From contig CDPCPM010000060.1 in the NCBI GenBank assembly GCA_976551045.1, positions 3,782,001-3,846,000 on the forward strand: 64,000 nucleotides of DNA. The letters run 5' to 3'. Positions 1 to 13,596 of this stretch are shown here, in pieces; positions within the stretch are counted from its first letter, which is position 1, and the number at the start of each line of letters is the position of its first letter. The DNA is from Glaucostegus cemiculus (taxonomy: Eukaryota). The position numbers were made by a program, and so were the translations under genes. Below the pieces are notes generated by a model. That model was not told the DNA's origin. It saw nothing but the letters and a program-made list of their open reading frames with translations, and made no database searches.

Positions 1-2350
1 AGTCCTCCTGTGTGGAGCACTGCAGCTGAAATTGATTTCTGTAATGCTGTACCATTTGCCGATCTCATGTTAGGCAGGGCATGCATCAACTATTCAAGTT
101 GCACCTTTCATATAGGAAACTGAGCAGCACTGTGATGGGACAATGCATTTGCACTTGTAAAATGTTTGCCTAGAAATTCTAGTGCACATGAAAGATTGCT
201 CTAGACTGGGGTTAATGAGTGAGATATTGGGCATTGTCCCACCACATTAAATTCAGTAATTAGGTGCTGCACATTTCACTCTCAAAAATGTTCCATCTGG
301 TTCCCTCCTCCTTTCACCACCAGGACCCTGAGATATGATATAAGTCAGCCATAGACCCAATAGTGGTCATGTAGAGTTCTGGAGCAAGGACTTACTGATA
401 TTAGCAGCACTCCTCATTTCTGTTTGGTGGCAGAGTCTTGGAGGGAAGGGTAGGGGTAGAAGCATAACATTTGGGAAAGTGGGAGTTGGGCTTTGGGAAG
501 GCCAGATCCCATCTCCCATTGTCGAGTAAATATCAGGGAGCCCGGCATATTGATGTGTTGGAGGAGGTGGGGATGGGAACAGAGGCTGCCATGTTAACAT
601 GCAGGTGGAGTTTAGGACTGTAGCAAGGGTGGGGAATGTCAGAGAATCAAAGGTTCACGAGTGAGCGGGAGATTGGGGGTTGTAAGGAATTAAAACAGAA
701 AATGTTAGAAGCACCAAGCAAGTCAGGCTGCATTTGTGGAAAAAGATACAAAATTAACCTTTCAAATCAGAGGATTACATAAACTTGGAGAATTTACTAT
801 TGAATCTGAAAGGATGTAGTGTGCCCAGATGGAAGATAAGTCATTGTTCTTCAAGGTCAGAGTAGGAGTTTGATGGAGAATTAAAGTGGCTGTAAGTGGT
901 TTGTTTGGTGTCGAGGGGGGAGATGGATAATGCCAAGGCTGAAGGTAGGTAATTCATTTATCTTGCGGGTCTGCCAGGTTTAGCTGAGGATGGGTGCTCC
1001 CAGGACAACCTGGTCCAAGTTTCCCTGCAGTGTTCCAAAGCAAACCTTTTGTCAATTGTGTGCCTGATGCAGAAATCTCAACAAAGTTGAAAGAATTTTA
1101 AAGCAGAAGATGACCAGTCAAATTTTTTGAGCTAAACAACCTTGAAAGGGACATTGTTATGGTTTTGTATAACTTCAAAATTAATATTTTTTATATCAAG
1201 TTAAATATAAATTGGCATATTTCTAAATGACCATAATGGTAGTTTCTGACAGTATATATCTGATAATTTGGATTTCCAATTTAAAGAAACAATTAGTTTT
1301 TCAATGTACAAGATACCTCAGTTTCATTAAATATCTGCTTACTGTTTCTATATTATGCTGTGGTTGCTGCTGCAATTTGAGTAATGAAGGGGTTTTTCTA
1401 GCCATGTTTGAAGTTAAGTTTCTCTTTTCCTACAACACTCTCTTCCCTATTATGTGGTTCGTATAATAAGAGGATACCATATTTTACAAACTACTAAGCT
1501 ATTGTCTACAGTTATGTCATCGAGGTTGTTTCCAAATGACAGGGAAAGCAGTTTACAAAGTTCTTTTATTTTGGTATCTTATTAAATGGTCTCAATTTAG
1601 AAGCAAGATTACCAAGCCCTGGAGCTCCGTGGCTTCTTTAATAGACTCAACTATCCCCTTCCATAATAGTATCATCTACAGATCTTATCAACTTTAGCTG
1701 TGCTTTTGGAGTAAGTGCTACATATGAATTAAAAACATTTGGGGCCCACCACAGACATCAGATCACTTCCGCAGATAAATCTTCCTACTCTGAAATCATT
1801 CCTTTATTATTCACTTCATACTCTCTTCCAGCTACCTCTTAACTGATTTTACAGAGGATACTGTCTTCAGAGTGAGCTCCACCCTTCTTACGAAACTTAA
1901 GCACTTTTGGAAGTTTGAGGCTTTCCAAAATCCATTTTGGGTGTTGGACTCTCCAAAAATCCATGCTGTTGATTGGGCGGGACCTCTTTTCAAATTGTCT
2001 TGATTGCTAATTTCAATTGTATTTTTTACAAAATTAACTGCAACTTAAAAATCAAAGAGAATGTGTGTGAGATTTAAATATTAACAATTTTTCTGCCAGT
2101 AATGTTTACAATGTTATTCAGTCAGGTAAAGCTAATCAGGTTAAATCCAGAAATTAATGTTTCAAGGAAAATTTAGAAATGTTTTAGAACTGATATAGCT
2201 GTAGTATCCTTGTACATATTGCAATCAGATGGACCTGATGAAAATGGGTTTGACACAAACTGTTTCAAAGTATCTGTCAGTTTTGTTCAGATTTCTGTGC
2301 TTGGACGATTGCACTGTTGATGTGTGTTCTCGTTCTTGGTTCATTTGCAG

Positions 2351-2531
2351 GATGAAGCAGCTCAACCACTTAATCTGTCAGCCAGGCCCAAAACTTCAGA
2401 ACCCGTCCGATCCCCCACATCACCCACCCAGAGCTTCTTCCACACAAATAAATCCAGTCCTGTCAATCTGCCCAACAAAAGCAGCATCCCCAGCCCAGTG
2501 GGAGGTACTCCAGGAAGAGGATCATCTTTAG
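2351..2531 (+). CDS. sox6: Sox6 internal coding exon (first in window), [14 protein letters not shown]...GRGSSL, with CtBP-binding PLNLS motif at 2366-2380
   Basis: Acceptor tttgcag|GAT and donor G|gtaggt. 181 nt, phase 0 to 1. Translation closely matches recalled vertebrate SOX6 ([28 protein letters not shown]...). Confidence 0.96.
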
Positions 2532-2865
2532 GTAGGTACAAAATGAGGATTAATAGGCAATATTTTATGCTGTTGATGTTGCTTGATATTATGATGCTCC
2601 CTTTTGCTTTTGCTAGGTGGCCAAGTCTGCAGTCTAGTTCAGAGGGTTTGGACATTTTGGGAAGGTCTTACAGATTAGAACTTATATCATAGAGAAAGGA
2701 AACTGGAAATTTGGACCTATTTCCTATTAATTAACCAAGAGTACTTTCATTGAATCTAGACCTATGCTTCTTGGCAAATTCACCTACCAAAATAAAAGAA
2801 GTGTGGCATTGGAATCAATTTGGAGACAAAAGACACTGCAGAGGTTGGAATCTGGAGCAAAATAT

Positions 2866-3190
2866 ATTCAAGAAGGAGCTGGATGTAGTTCTTATGTCTG
2901 AAGTGTCCAGCTATATGGGGAGAAAGCGGAAACAGGGTATTGAATTTGGATGATAAGCCATGATTGCATTAAATAAATAACAACATTTAAAAGACATTTA
3001 GATAAGTACATGGATAGGAGGGGTTTGGAGGAATTTGGGCCAAACAGAGGCAAATGGAACTAACTTGGTGGGCTCCATGGTTGGCATGGACTGGTTGGGC
3101 CAAAGGGTCTATTTCCATACAGTGTTACTCTATGACTCTATGAATGGAGAGCACCCTTGAACGGCCTACTACTATTTTCTAGGTTTCTAC
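2866..3190 (+). mobile_element. Two CR1-type LINE 3' ends, one nested in the other
   Basis: TTCAAGAAGGAGCTGGAT...GGGGAGAAAGCGG is interrupted by a second tail (ACATTTAAAAGACATTTAGAT...GGGCCAAAGGGTCTATTTCC...CTCTATGACTCTATG). Confidence 0.7.
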
Positions 3191-5835
3191 TAATCCAAAA
3201 AGAGCACCATTTAGATGAGAAAATTATGGATATGCTCAAACTTCTCTTCTACAAAGGCAAACTTATCAATTGATTACCCCCTTGTGCAAGAGGAAGGTTA
3301 TAAAACATGACCATAACTACAATGTATTTAGATATTAGTTGGCTATTTCCAGTGAAAGGAAGATTTACAAATGAAAGTGCATTGATTTTAATTTTATTCT
3401 CTGTCTCTTAATTGTTAAACTTTGGAAATCTATTTCCATGTTGGACTCAACTATCATATTTTCCAACATATTTACAGAGTTGATTGGAGAATGTAAAACA
3501 TCCAGTTGTGATGCAGGTTACACCTCCAATTTTCAAAGTCCCACAGTTTGTGATTTTGAACTATGTAAATCATATGACCTCATTGCAACATGGCCTGCAA
3601 TTATATTTTCCTAGAAATCCTAGTGCACACAAAAGCTTCCAAAGCTTTGGTACAAGTACACAGATGCATGTTTTCATTTCCGAAGCCAGTTTTGAGGAGT
3701 TGGTGGCCACAGTTTCAATCACAGTAGTGGGGGTTGTAGTTAGGTGGGGTGCAGGTTAGGGATGGAGGTGGAAAAATGAGGTGTTGGCATTGAAGTCTAG
3801 CATTTTGAAAGATATGGGTGTTGGGAACTGGCCTTTGTGGGTATGTTATGATGAGGGTTTGGTGCGGACGTGGAATTGGGGTTTGCATTAGTAGTGGAAG
3901 AATTAGGATATGGATCAGCATTTGAGATATGATACTTGGATGGGGGTGCAGTTGTGGTGGAGTGTGGAAACATAATTATTTTTGGATGGGTGAGGAGACA
4001 GATAGGGGTTGGGTTGGACAGATGTGAATGAGCATTTGCTTGTTGTGGGAAGAGTGAAGATTGGTTCTGGCAGAATCAGCGATCAGGGTTAGGGGTGGGT
4101 AGACTAGAGCTCGGGTGACCACAGAGTGAGGAGCTGAGATGTGTGTGCCAGAGTGGAGGGGGTGAAGGATGAAGGTAGGTAACAGACTTCACTGATTGGC
4201 ATCCTAGTCCTGTGCCTTATGGGAAGACTATGTGATCCTCAGAATGCCCAATGATAAGCACTTCCGACAAAACTTGGTCCAAATTCCCTTGAAGTGTTCC
4301 AAAACCAGGGGAATTTGGACCATGCAGCCCTGGTGTAGAAATCACCTCAGTATACATGGGTAACAGAGGCCCCGGAGTGCCTGCTTAAAGTTCTGGAATT
4401 AAGTAAAATTATCTGGAAATGGTTGCAATTGTATTTCACTTCAGGTGAAATATAATTTTCAATTGCATAACATTGAAATAAAATATGTCAATTGATAATC
4501 AATTATGTCCTCTGCCAGGGTAACCTATATCACCAAGATTTGTAATACAGTAGAAAGACCACTTTGTACTTGCAAGCCTGGACAGACCTCTTGCCCCAAG
4601 TGTATCTGTGCCTGATTCCACTGCTCACTGGTTCTTGACTATAAAAATGGCCAAGGACAGACTGTAGGAGGGAGAATATTTTTTTTAAGGAAAATGAGTG
4701 AATGGTCTTTTCTTATAGTAGGTATATAAGAGTTGTCATAAATTACACAGTATTACAGCGATCTCCAAAAATTTGGCCTAATTCAGGAATTTTTCATTCC
4801 TAAGACCTGCACTCACAAGAAGCACAGTGTCGAGTGAAGCTTCTCATTGAAAGAAAGGAATCCAGGATTTATTCCTTGGAAATACATCTGCCCATGCTAC
4901 AGCTTGAATAGTTATATTTACAGTAATCATAGAAATACAGAAAAGTTGTCTACATGTGAGTTTTGCTGCTCTCTTTCTGGAAGGTATTAAGCTTGGAAAG
5001 TATTTTTTACCTGGATGTTATAGTCCACCTTGAGCAGTTTGCTTCTTATTGTGTCAAAAAAGAAAGAACTAATGAGCAAACTCTAAATGCATTCTTTCTT
5101 TTGTCCTCATTTGCAATACAGAGTTCAAAATAATTTGTAGTTCTGATTAAGGCAGTGGCGCCGAACATAATTGAAAAGTGCTTATTGGCTTTGGCTGATG
5201 AGCAGCAGAAAGCCTGACTGATACAACTGAAAACAGAGTCCGGAGGGAAACATTATTCATTACCAAAAAGTCCTACATCCCTATACAGATCACTGCACTT
5301 CAGTAATTCACATCTTAAACAAAATTGGTTATTTTAAAGCGATTTGAAAAGAGATGATGAACATTAAAAAAATGAGAATGAAAAATAACAGCAGCTGGGA
5401 AAGTAGTTTTAACTGCTCTCTCAGCTTTGCCTACTCCAATATTACCTGAATTGGGTCAGTGATACAGGGTCTAATACATCTAGTTAAGAAGCGCAAATCT
5501 ATTTGCAAGAGATGATTGTGGCAGTGCAGAGCACATTCTTAGGAATCAATGTTCCAGATAATGTACTGAAAGGAATGGCTTCATTAATAATTAACAGCTT
5601 TGGGAGATTCTTATCTGAATCCAAATCTGCTTCTGTTTTAATGAGTATTCTTTTTGAATGATAAACAAAGTTGACTGTGGAATAAGGCACACTTTTGATA
5701 TTGAGTATTTTGAATTTGACAACAGATGGAGTATACTGTGTAGTTTATTACATAAATGGTTCTTGCATTGAAAAAAAGAGGATCTCTGTTGTAAGTTATC
5801 AATTGTTATGCCCACCTACCCTCTCTCTACCTTAG

Positions 5836-6017
5836 ACATCCTCTCAACTCTGAATTCGACAGCCTTCCTGGGTGACCAGGACGCAGTGATGAAGGCCATC
5901 CAGGAAGCTCGGAAGATGAGAGAACAGCTGCAGCGAGAACAGCAGCTGCAGCAGCCAGGGCTCGATGGAAAGATGCCGTCCATGAATAACCTTGGAATTA
6001 ACTGCACGGGTAATAAG
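5836..6017 (+). CDS. sox6: Sox6 coding exon with second coiled coil (DILSTLNS...[17 protein letters not shown]...NK)
   Basis: Acceptor ccttag|AC and donor AAG|gtgagt. 182 nt, phase 1 to 0. SoxD signature [12 protein letters not shown]. Confidence 0.96.
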
Positions 6018-9000
6018 GTGAGTGGTTGCAGTGGCAATCTGCAGAAAGCTCCTCAGCAGCAGAAAAAAACATTGCAAGTCCTCTGGACCTTTTTTTAGCT
6101 TCTAGAGCACAGATGATTACTCAGCTTTGTTCTGTCCATTAGCTTGGCCTTCAAATTTCAACTGTAGGATCAAGTTGTGTTAAAAATTGCCCTAGTGATC
6201 AGAACTGAATTTTATTTTCTCATGTTTTCCATTCCAGTATTTGCATATCAGGAAACAGAGTGGATTCAGCCTGCTGCCCAGACTCACTGCCCATAGTCCC
6301 CACCCACCCACCTACCCACACTTAGCTGTGCCGCAAAGTGGAGGGTTGATCAAGCTGATCCTCCGCACCCAGGAGGTATCTGATGAGGCATAGCAAAGCC
6401 TCAGTGACAAACAGGACTTAACCTGGTGCAACACTGAGGTCCTCCACCCCCTGAACACCCTGAGGACCTTTAAGAGGAGGAAAGGTTGGGGGCAGGATTT
6501 TGTCTCCTGTTAAAACTGAGAACATATTTTAAAGATCTTTGATTGTGTCTGTTCTATAACATAATTAATTATTGTGACATGTGTAAATGATTAAATAAGA
6601 AAGATTAAAAGCTACTAAAATTAATTATAAACACAATAGCACACTAAGAAATAATTTAAAACATTAAAATAATACAAGTAAACAATAAATAACTAATCTT
6701 TTTCTTTCAAATTTCCAGGTTGGGAATCCCCTGTCAGTTGAATGGGGTTACCAATCTTACCCTGGGTCTGATTCACAGATTCCCCATTGTAATGCTGGGG
6801 GATTCCACCAAGACAGGACTCTGCCATTGGACTTCACATGAAATCCAATGACAGCAGAATCACTGATGTGCTGGAGTAGCCTGCTTAAATCACCAGCACT
6901 TGACATGCTGGAAAATTCAATCTGGGTGTTTAATTGGCCAATATTGTGCAGGTTTTAGACTAATATTCTACAGACTGAAAACTGTCTATGTGCCAGAAGA
7001 GTGTAAGGGTCCCATTGGAAATAGGGAGCTCCCCATTACTTTACCACATCACCAGAGAACTTGCAGCATAATGAACTTTCATCTTTACGTAAGATCACTG
7101 ATTGGACAAGAAGCTCAGAATTCATCAAGGAACTAAATTCAGACCGCATAGTATCAACAGAGAATTGGACACAACCTTGATCAACAAACTTGCCTCTTGA
7201 GAAGTTCCACCTATGGTAGACAAGAACCTAATTATTTATATTCTCTGTAGGATTAGCAGTTAGTAATCATTAACAATTAGACATGAAAGTTAAAACATCA
7301 TTAAATTAATTGGCATAACTGAGCTCCCTCATGCAATCAAACTCCAAAGTTTCAAGGATTTTCTATGTCACATTTTTACACTGGGTGGCAAATTTGAAGG
7401 TCCACCCTAGCAAATGCTCTGACGATTCAATGTTTAAACAAAGTTATTCAAAAGTTAATAGACATGGGTAGAACAAAGCAAAAGCATGTCAACTATAATC
7501 ACAATTCTTTTATTTGTTTCCTCAGAGGGGTTGTTATGGTGATAATCCATTTTAATAGCTTGCAGCTAATAACTTCAGTGATAATTTAGTATAGAGTTAC
7601 ATGCATTTCAAAGATCTTATTAATATGCCTTTTGATGCTCAATGCTTCATTGCTTACTGGGTTGTGCCAATTGAGGTCTATGTAAGATGAGTTTATATGA
7701 GTAAAGAACTTGCTGTGTAGTGTTAAACAAATTAGTGTTAAGCTTCCTCTGAACTGTTTGTGATGTGGCAGAACCAAGAAAGTGAAAACAAAATTTCCAG
7801 GCTTTTACTGAAACCTAAATGGTCCTGTTTCAGTTGACCAATATTAGATTGGAAAGGATTTGGAAAAGATTCTTCAATGGGGATAGTTTATGAGGGCAAA
7901 TGAAATATTCTGGCCCAACCTTGAAGAACATTCATTGCACCCAATTATATGCTTACAGGATAAATATAGGGAGCAGAGTCATAGATTTCTCAGAAACTCC
8001 TCAGTTGACCTGGTCATTACCTTTCCTGCTACAATGTACATGGTTGTACAGGAAGTCCCCAATTTACGTAAGAAGCTGTTCCATGAAGTAAATTTCAGCT
8101 AAACTGGGTTTCACTGAAGTTGGATTTATTTTATTTTATACTTTGATGGCAGTTCCTATCCTATCATATTTTATGCACTGCATGAACACACTGTATTCTG
8201 CAATGAAATAAGAAAAAGCTAATTAGACTGTAGAAATAAAACTAAAAACTCATGGATTAATTAGAGACTAATTTAACATTAACCTCACATATGTTAATCT
8301 GGTGTGATTACATGGTGTTTCACGTCACCTTTAAACATGATTACAACAGCAAACACTGAAAATGCTTCAACTTATCAAACAGCTACATGTCTAGCAACCA
8401 AACAGGCCAAGCCACAAAAGGTAGCCATGTGCCCTACCCATGTGACTGCAAGTGGTTCCTACTTACTTATTTGTATCCCAAAAAATTTGCAAAGGTAAGT
8501 TTTTTTTTGCAGAAAGGCAGAATTACATAAGTTCAGTGCTACATGACACAGGGAGTACCTATATTTAACAACTTTATTTGAGCCACAAGATTTTTGATAA
8601 ACTAATGGCTGAGGTGAATATGACATGTTGATAAATAGCACTGACTTTACCACAGAGGCAGCTATCTCTTCGGTAAGTGTTCAGTTAAATGGAAGTATCC
8701 TCATTCAACTAGCAAAAGAATAGTCATAAGACAATGTGGAATTTAGGATTGTACACAGGTAAGAAAGCCTCTTAATGAGCAGATGTTCTGTAATGCTCAG
8801 AACTGACTTCAGTTTCCATTAGCAGGGTAATTCAGATGATGAAATCCAATAACGCTCATCCATTCGATTGCCCTTCACTCCCAGTGGAATGTGATTCATG
8901 TCAGCTCACTTTGTCTCCAGTTTCATTCCCACAGGTAGAAAGCTCATAGGAAAAGACTATTTATTTTGACATTTGATTTATAATCTGTGAAGCATTTAAT

Positions 9001-12000
9001 ATTTTAATGGAATTTCCTGAGATGTAAATATATTCACATTAAGAAATGGTCTGCATAAAACGAGCATTCTGTCAAATTGAACTGGTACCTTGCGGAATAT
9101 TTCACATATCAATCTTCCTTTGCGTGCACAATTTTCTAAATTTTCTGTTAGCTGGTTTGACCCTGTGATGCTTTTTGCTGTTCATTTGAAATTTCTGGAT
9201 AATATTTTTCATATCATAGTGCAGCCTTTATTCATCTGACCCTAAAATGTTTGAAACAGAGGAGTAGACACTTTTAAAAATCTGTTGAATATACAATGAG
9301 CATTAGCTTGCTGTGCTAATGTTCACTGTATTTTTGCCATATGATTGTATGTCTGTGCATCTATGAGTTCTTAATTTTTGGCAGCTCGATTAAAGATGTC
9401 AAATATTGAACTCAAGGCCTTAAAACCCACTCACTGAAGAGAACAGCTGCTTATCTTGGAGAGGCACAGTGCTTACCTCCTAAATTAATATTTGTTGTTG
9501 TAGCTGAGACTGGATTCAATCCCTGGATTCTCCAAGATACGTGTTTCATCATTGGACCAGAATTGTGAGAAGATTGCAAAGGACTCCCTTATTTCAAATT
9601 AAACAGCACACGCCCAGACAAAAATGTCATGCTCGTCAGCAGTTATAATTCAGTTGAGGGGAGGATGCACCATTTTAACGGCTTCTGAACATTGCCCTAC
9701 CAGCCTTTGTTAATTCAAATGCTACATAAACACACAGCCTGGACTGGGGCTGTACAGCAGCAATCTCTAATAAAATAAGATGCAATCCTTACTGTGTCAC
9801 ATGTTACTGACCCCTGTCCCCTTCCCACTGCTCTGAACTATAATGTTCCAGGACTTGAAATATTGTTGAAGAGCTTTGTCATAGGATCATAGTGTCATAC
9901 AACATGGAAACAGGTCCTTTGGCCCTACTCCTCAGTGCCAATTGAAATGGCTATCTACATTAATCCCATTTTTCTGCAGTTTGGTTTATGCTTCTGTTCC
10001 TTTCCTATCCTCACTGCATTTACTTTAATGATCAGAGTTGGAAAGAAAGATGCACAGTGAGTGAAATAGGAAGAATGGCTATAGCAGAGTACATGTCTCA
10101 AGTAACCCAGCCATGGTTATTTCTCTTAACTTTGAATGGCAAAGGCTGGTTCACAGAATAATGCCAACTTTACATTCAGTGTAGTCTGGAATAAACCATT
10201 TACCCAGATTGTCCTGGAACTGCCTCATAGCCTGAACCTGCCAACCACACTAATCAGCTGTGGATGTGGAGGACGAGCTGAGCTGACCCTCCATACACAA
10301 CAATTGTCACGCACAGCAGAGGGCTCTGCTAGCCAACTAGGCCTCAGTAGCAGGATCCTGAGGTCCCATCTCCAGCTTGCCTTGATGCCCATTTGACACC
10401 TCAACATCACCTTTGAAACTATTGCTAAGTAAATTATGCTGATAAATAAAATACCTTAAAGTAATTGCAAACATTAGGATAAAGGAAAATGGAACAAAAT
10501 AAGTAAACTGTTTTACTATACTTACTTTTTCACTTTGAGTTGACTACTTTTTTCAAATGAATGGGTGAGGGTTAGTCCTGAGGTGTTGTGCTTCACCAGC
10601 CATCCTGACATAAAATTGAGAGAGGTCAATGAAATTTCCATCTGGCCCCTCTTTTCAGTACATTGGTGCCTCACAGAGAACACAGTGGTGGAGCAGAAGC
10701 TAAGACAGGGCAGCGCCTGACTTCTAGTTCGTTGTCGAACTCCACATTTCAACACATAGCTAAAGAATGAGCAGCAAACAGCAGGTGATAGCCCATGGCA
10801 ATTCAGTATGATCCAACCCATCGAGATAATAAAGAGTATTTTGTTGAAATGACATGGAATGCTTATCATTCTTGCAGTTTGCTTGGTGAATCTCCAATCA
10901 ATTTACTTTCTCTTCCCATGGCGCCGAAGCAGCCCACACTGAAATAATGAATAGCATTCAGTTTAAGTTTGGCACTCTTATTTATCAATTCACAAATCTT
11001 AGTTACATTATCTTCATAATCATCTCTTACAGACCTCTAGATGTGGTTTACAAATCGCTGGATCCCAGGTTGAAAACCCATCGTATGATGTATAACCCAT
11101 TCTGTTCACAGTGTGGTAGAATGATTCATGGAAACAAATGAGCTAGTTGGCAGAGTCCTTAAATGATCATTGATTTCCTCAAACAAGTTGATACAAAGTG
11201 ATCTTGCATTCTGTCCTTGTATATTAATCTTTCCCAATTATTTTATCATTATCCTCTTCAGTTCTGAAAACAATGCAAGCTGGTCCACAGTTCCATCCAT
11301 GCTGCTTGTGTAGAGTATCTCAAATGAGTGGCTATCCTTGTATTATTTGGCTGGAATGTAGGTTAAATGGGACTGGGGAGGAAGCAGATGAAATTTACTG
11401 TGTGATCCAGGTTGTCTTTGTAATTGCGCTGTGGAAGAAACAGCACAATTCATGCTCAGTGTAGTGGGCTGGTGGTCCACTGGTCCTTACTGTACTGCAC
11501 CTCAAGGTGAGGTATCTTGTGGAATTCCTAAGATACAAGTAATCTCTGTTCAATACATTCCTCTGGAGCCCAGATGAATTCCCAGCACACATTAGACCAA
11601 TCTATGTAATCCCATTGAAGCACCTGGGTAGCGCTGAAAGTTTCCAATTGCTTTTCCTTGAACATGGCATTGCTTGTCAAATTCATGCTTATCTTTCCTG
11701 CAATTTGTGGTCTGAATCTCCAATTTATTTGCATCCTCTTGCTGCGACACAGAATCAGTCCACATTAAAATGATGAATAAGATTCTGTGAATGTTCTGAA
11801 TTTTCCCTCTTCATCCTATTCAACCCCTTTGCTGTTTTTGCCCCCCAACTGGGACACCTCTCCCCTGTCATCCAATGGTCTTGCCAATGCTTGATTCTAT
11901 TACTATTACATCACGGCTGAAGCTGCTCTGAAATTGACTTTTCTAGGCTCTCTTCACTTTCTGATGTACAAGTTGCCGCTTAATAAATTATTTCACAAAT

Positions 12001-12969
12001 GTAAGGGCCAGTTTATCACATGAACACTGATGAGGTTAATTTCTACATCTTAATTGTCTAACCATTTCCCCTCTCCAAAGCCATGCTTCAATCCATTACC
12101 ATATCTCTTAACTCCTCCACTGAATTTGTGCAGATAGCTCAGTTTTCTCCAATTAAACATGGAGAATTTTGAAGCAATTATTTTTCACCTCTATCATAAA
12201 TTTCATATACTCAGAACTCACTATGAAATTTCATCTCTATGTATGCAGCTCAATGCTTTGTCAATCATTGTGTCCAGATTGAGTGTAAAAACTGCAATTG
12301 TGTCATGTATAAGTTCACAATTCAGCTTCATTCATCAAAGAGATAAGTCCATTTTCTAATAGCTTTGGTGGAATTTGCTTTTGTACATTACAGTGTTTTC
12401 AGATCAATTTAAATGGGTTCAAGAACAGGTTAAAATAATCAATGGGAGATTCTTGCCAGAGATATTAATTATTGATTTCACCGAGTGGTGACATGATAAG
12501 GGAGGGTGCAAACTCCCGATCACACAATGCAAATGTACAAAATATCTACCTACTCCATAAGAGCTCCAGTAATTCATCCGGTAAATATGAGACACATAAT
12601 CTAAATGATTAATTGAAAACTCAGTTAAATTAAACATTATATTGTTTTACTCAGTACTAATTGTCACCTTCACCATTCTCTTTTACCTCCTGTGTACATG
12701 ATTTTGTAAAGCCTTATTGTTTCATTAGCTGTCTTGGACACAGTACTAGATCATTGACAAAGTTGAAACATTTCCACTTACAGCAACATATCCTACTGGG
12801 GTCAAAGGCCAATGGCAGAATAGCTGAAACTCAGTCATACTGGCATGGCCTCATTTGATCTACTTTACCTCACTGCATTCACCTTAACAATCAAAGTTGG
12901 ACAGAAATTCAATGATTCCTCTCCACTGCCCCCTCCCCCCTCCCCCCACCATGGCAACCCTCTGTGTCT

Positions 12970-12972
<3 letters not shown>

Positions 12973-13044
<72 letters not shown>
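12973..13044. repeat. Compound microsatellite (TC)n(AC)n
   Basis: Seen directly: about 15 TC units followed by about 21 AC units. Confidence 0.97.
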
Positions 13045-13046
<2 letters not shown>

Positions 13047-13444
13047 CTGCACAGCCTTCTACTTATCCAACTACCCAACTACTTGCCTACTTATATATAA
13101 TGAAATATTTCATAGTCTGGTAATTTGCTGCTTTCTCTTGATACCTTTAATGGGAATAAACACAATATTTGGTGAAAACATCAGATTTCATGACATGTGA
13201 TGCCATTGTTTCTGTTAGTGTTTTCCCATTCACATATGGAATACAAGTCACAGCTTATTCATCTTCTATAAGGGTCAAAGGGAGAACTTCCCATGCATGA
13301 TAGAAATATACAGACATGCTTTGTTTTATATTCTAAAATATTAACCTGAACCCATCAAAGGGAAAAATGGGAAAAAGATAGAAACTCCTTCGCTGGAATT
13401 CTCAGAGAAGCTGGAAGTAAAATTCTAAACACTAGAAATTTGAA

Positions 13445-13596
13445 ATAAGACAGAAAATGCTGGAAATATTTAGCAGGTCAGGCAGTATTTGTGGGGAATG
13501 AGAGTTAATGTTTCAGGGTGACTGAAGCATTACTTTGTTCTTTTACTGCAGATGTTGACTGACCTGCTGAATATTTTAAGCATTTCCTGTTTTATT
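13445..13596. mobile_element. Foldback (Penelope-like terminal repeat) element
   Basis: Inverted arms ACAGAAAATGCTGGAAATATTTAGCAGGTCAG ... CTGACCTGCTGAATATTTTAAGCATTTCCTGT. Confidence 0.7.

Noticed and set aside
2532-2692. Read-through extension of the PLNLS exon (GRYKMR...) or tandem donor GTAG|GT
   Set aside because: I found no convincing downstream phase-1 donor, the +4 donor shifts the frame, and the peptide is unremarkable.
12845-13200. ORFs with SL/HT dipeptide runs
   Set aside because: They are translations of the (TC)n(AC)n microsatellite.
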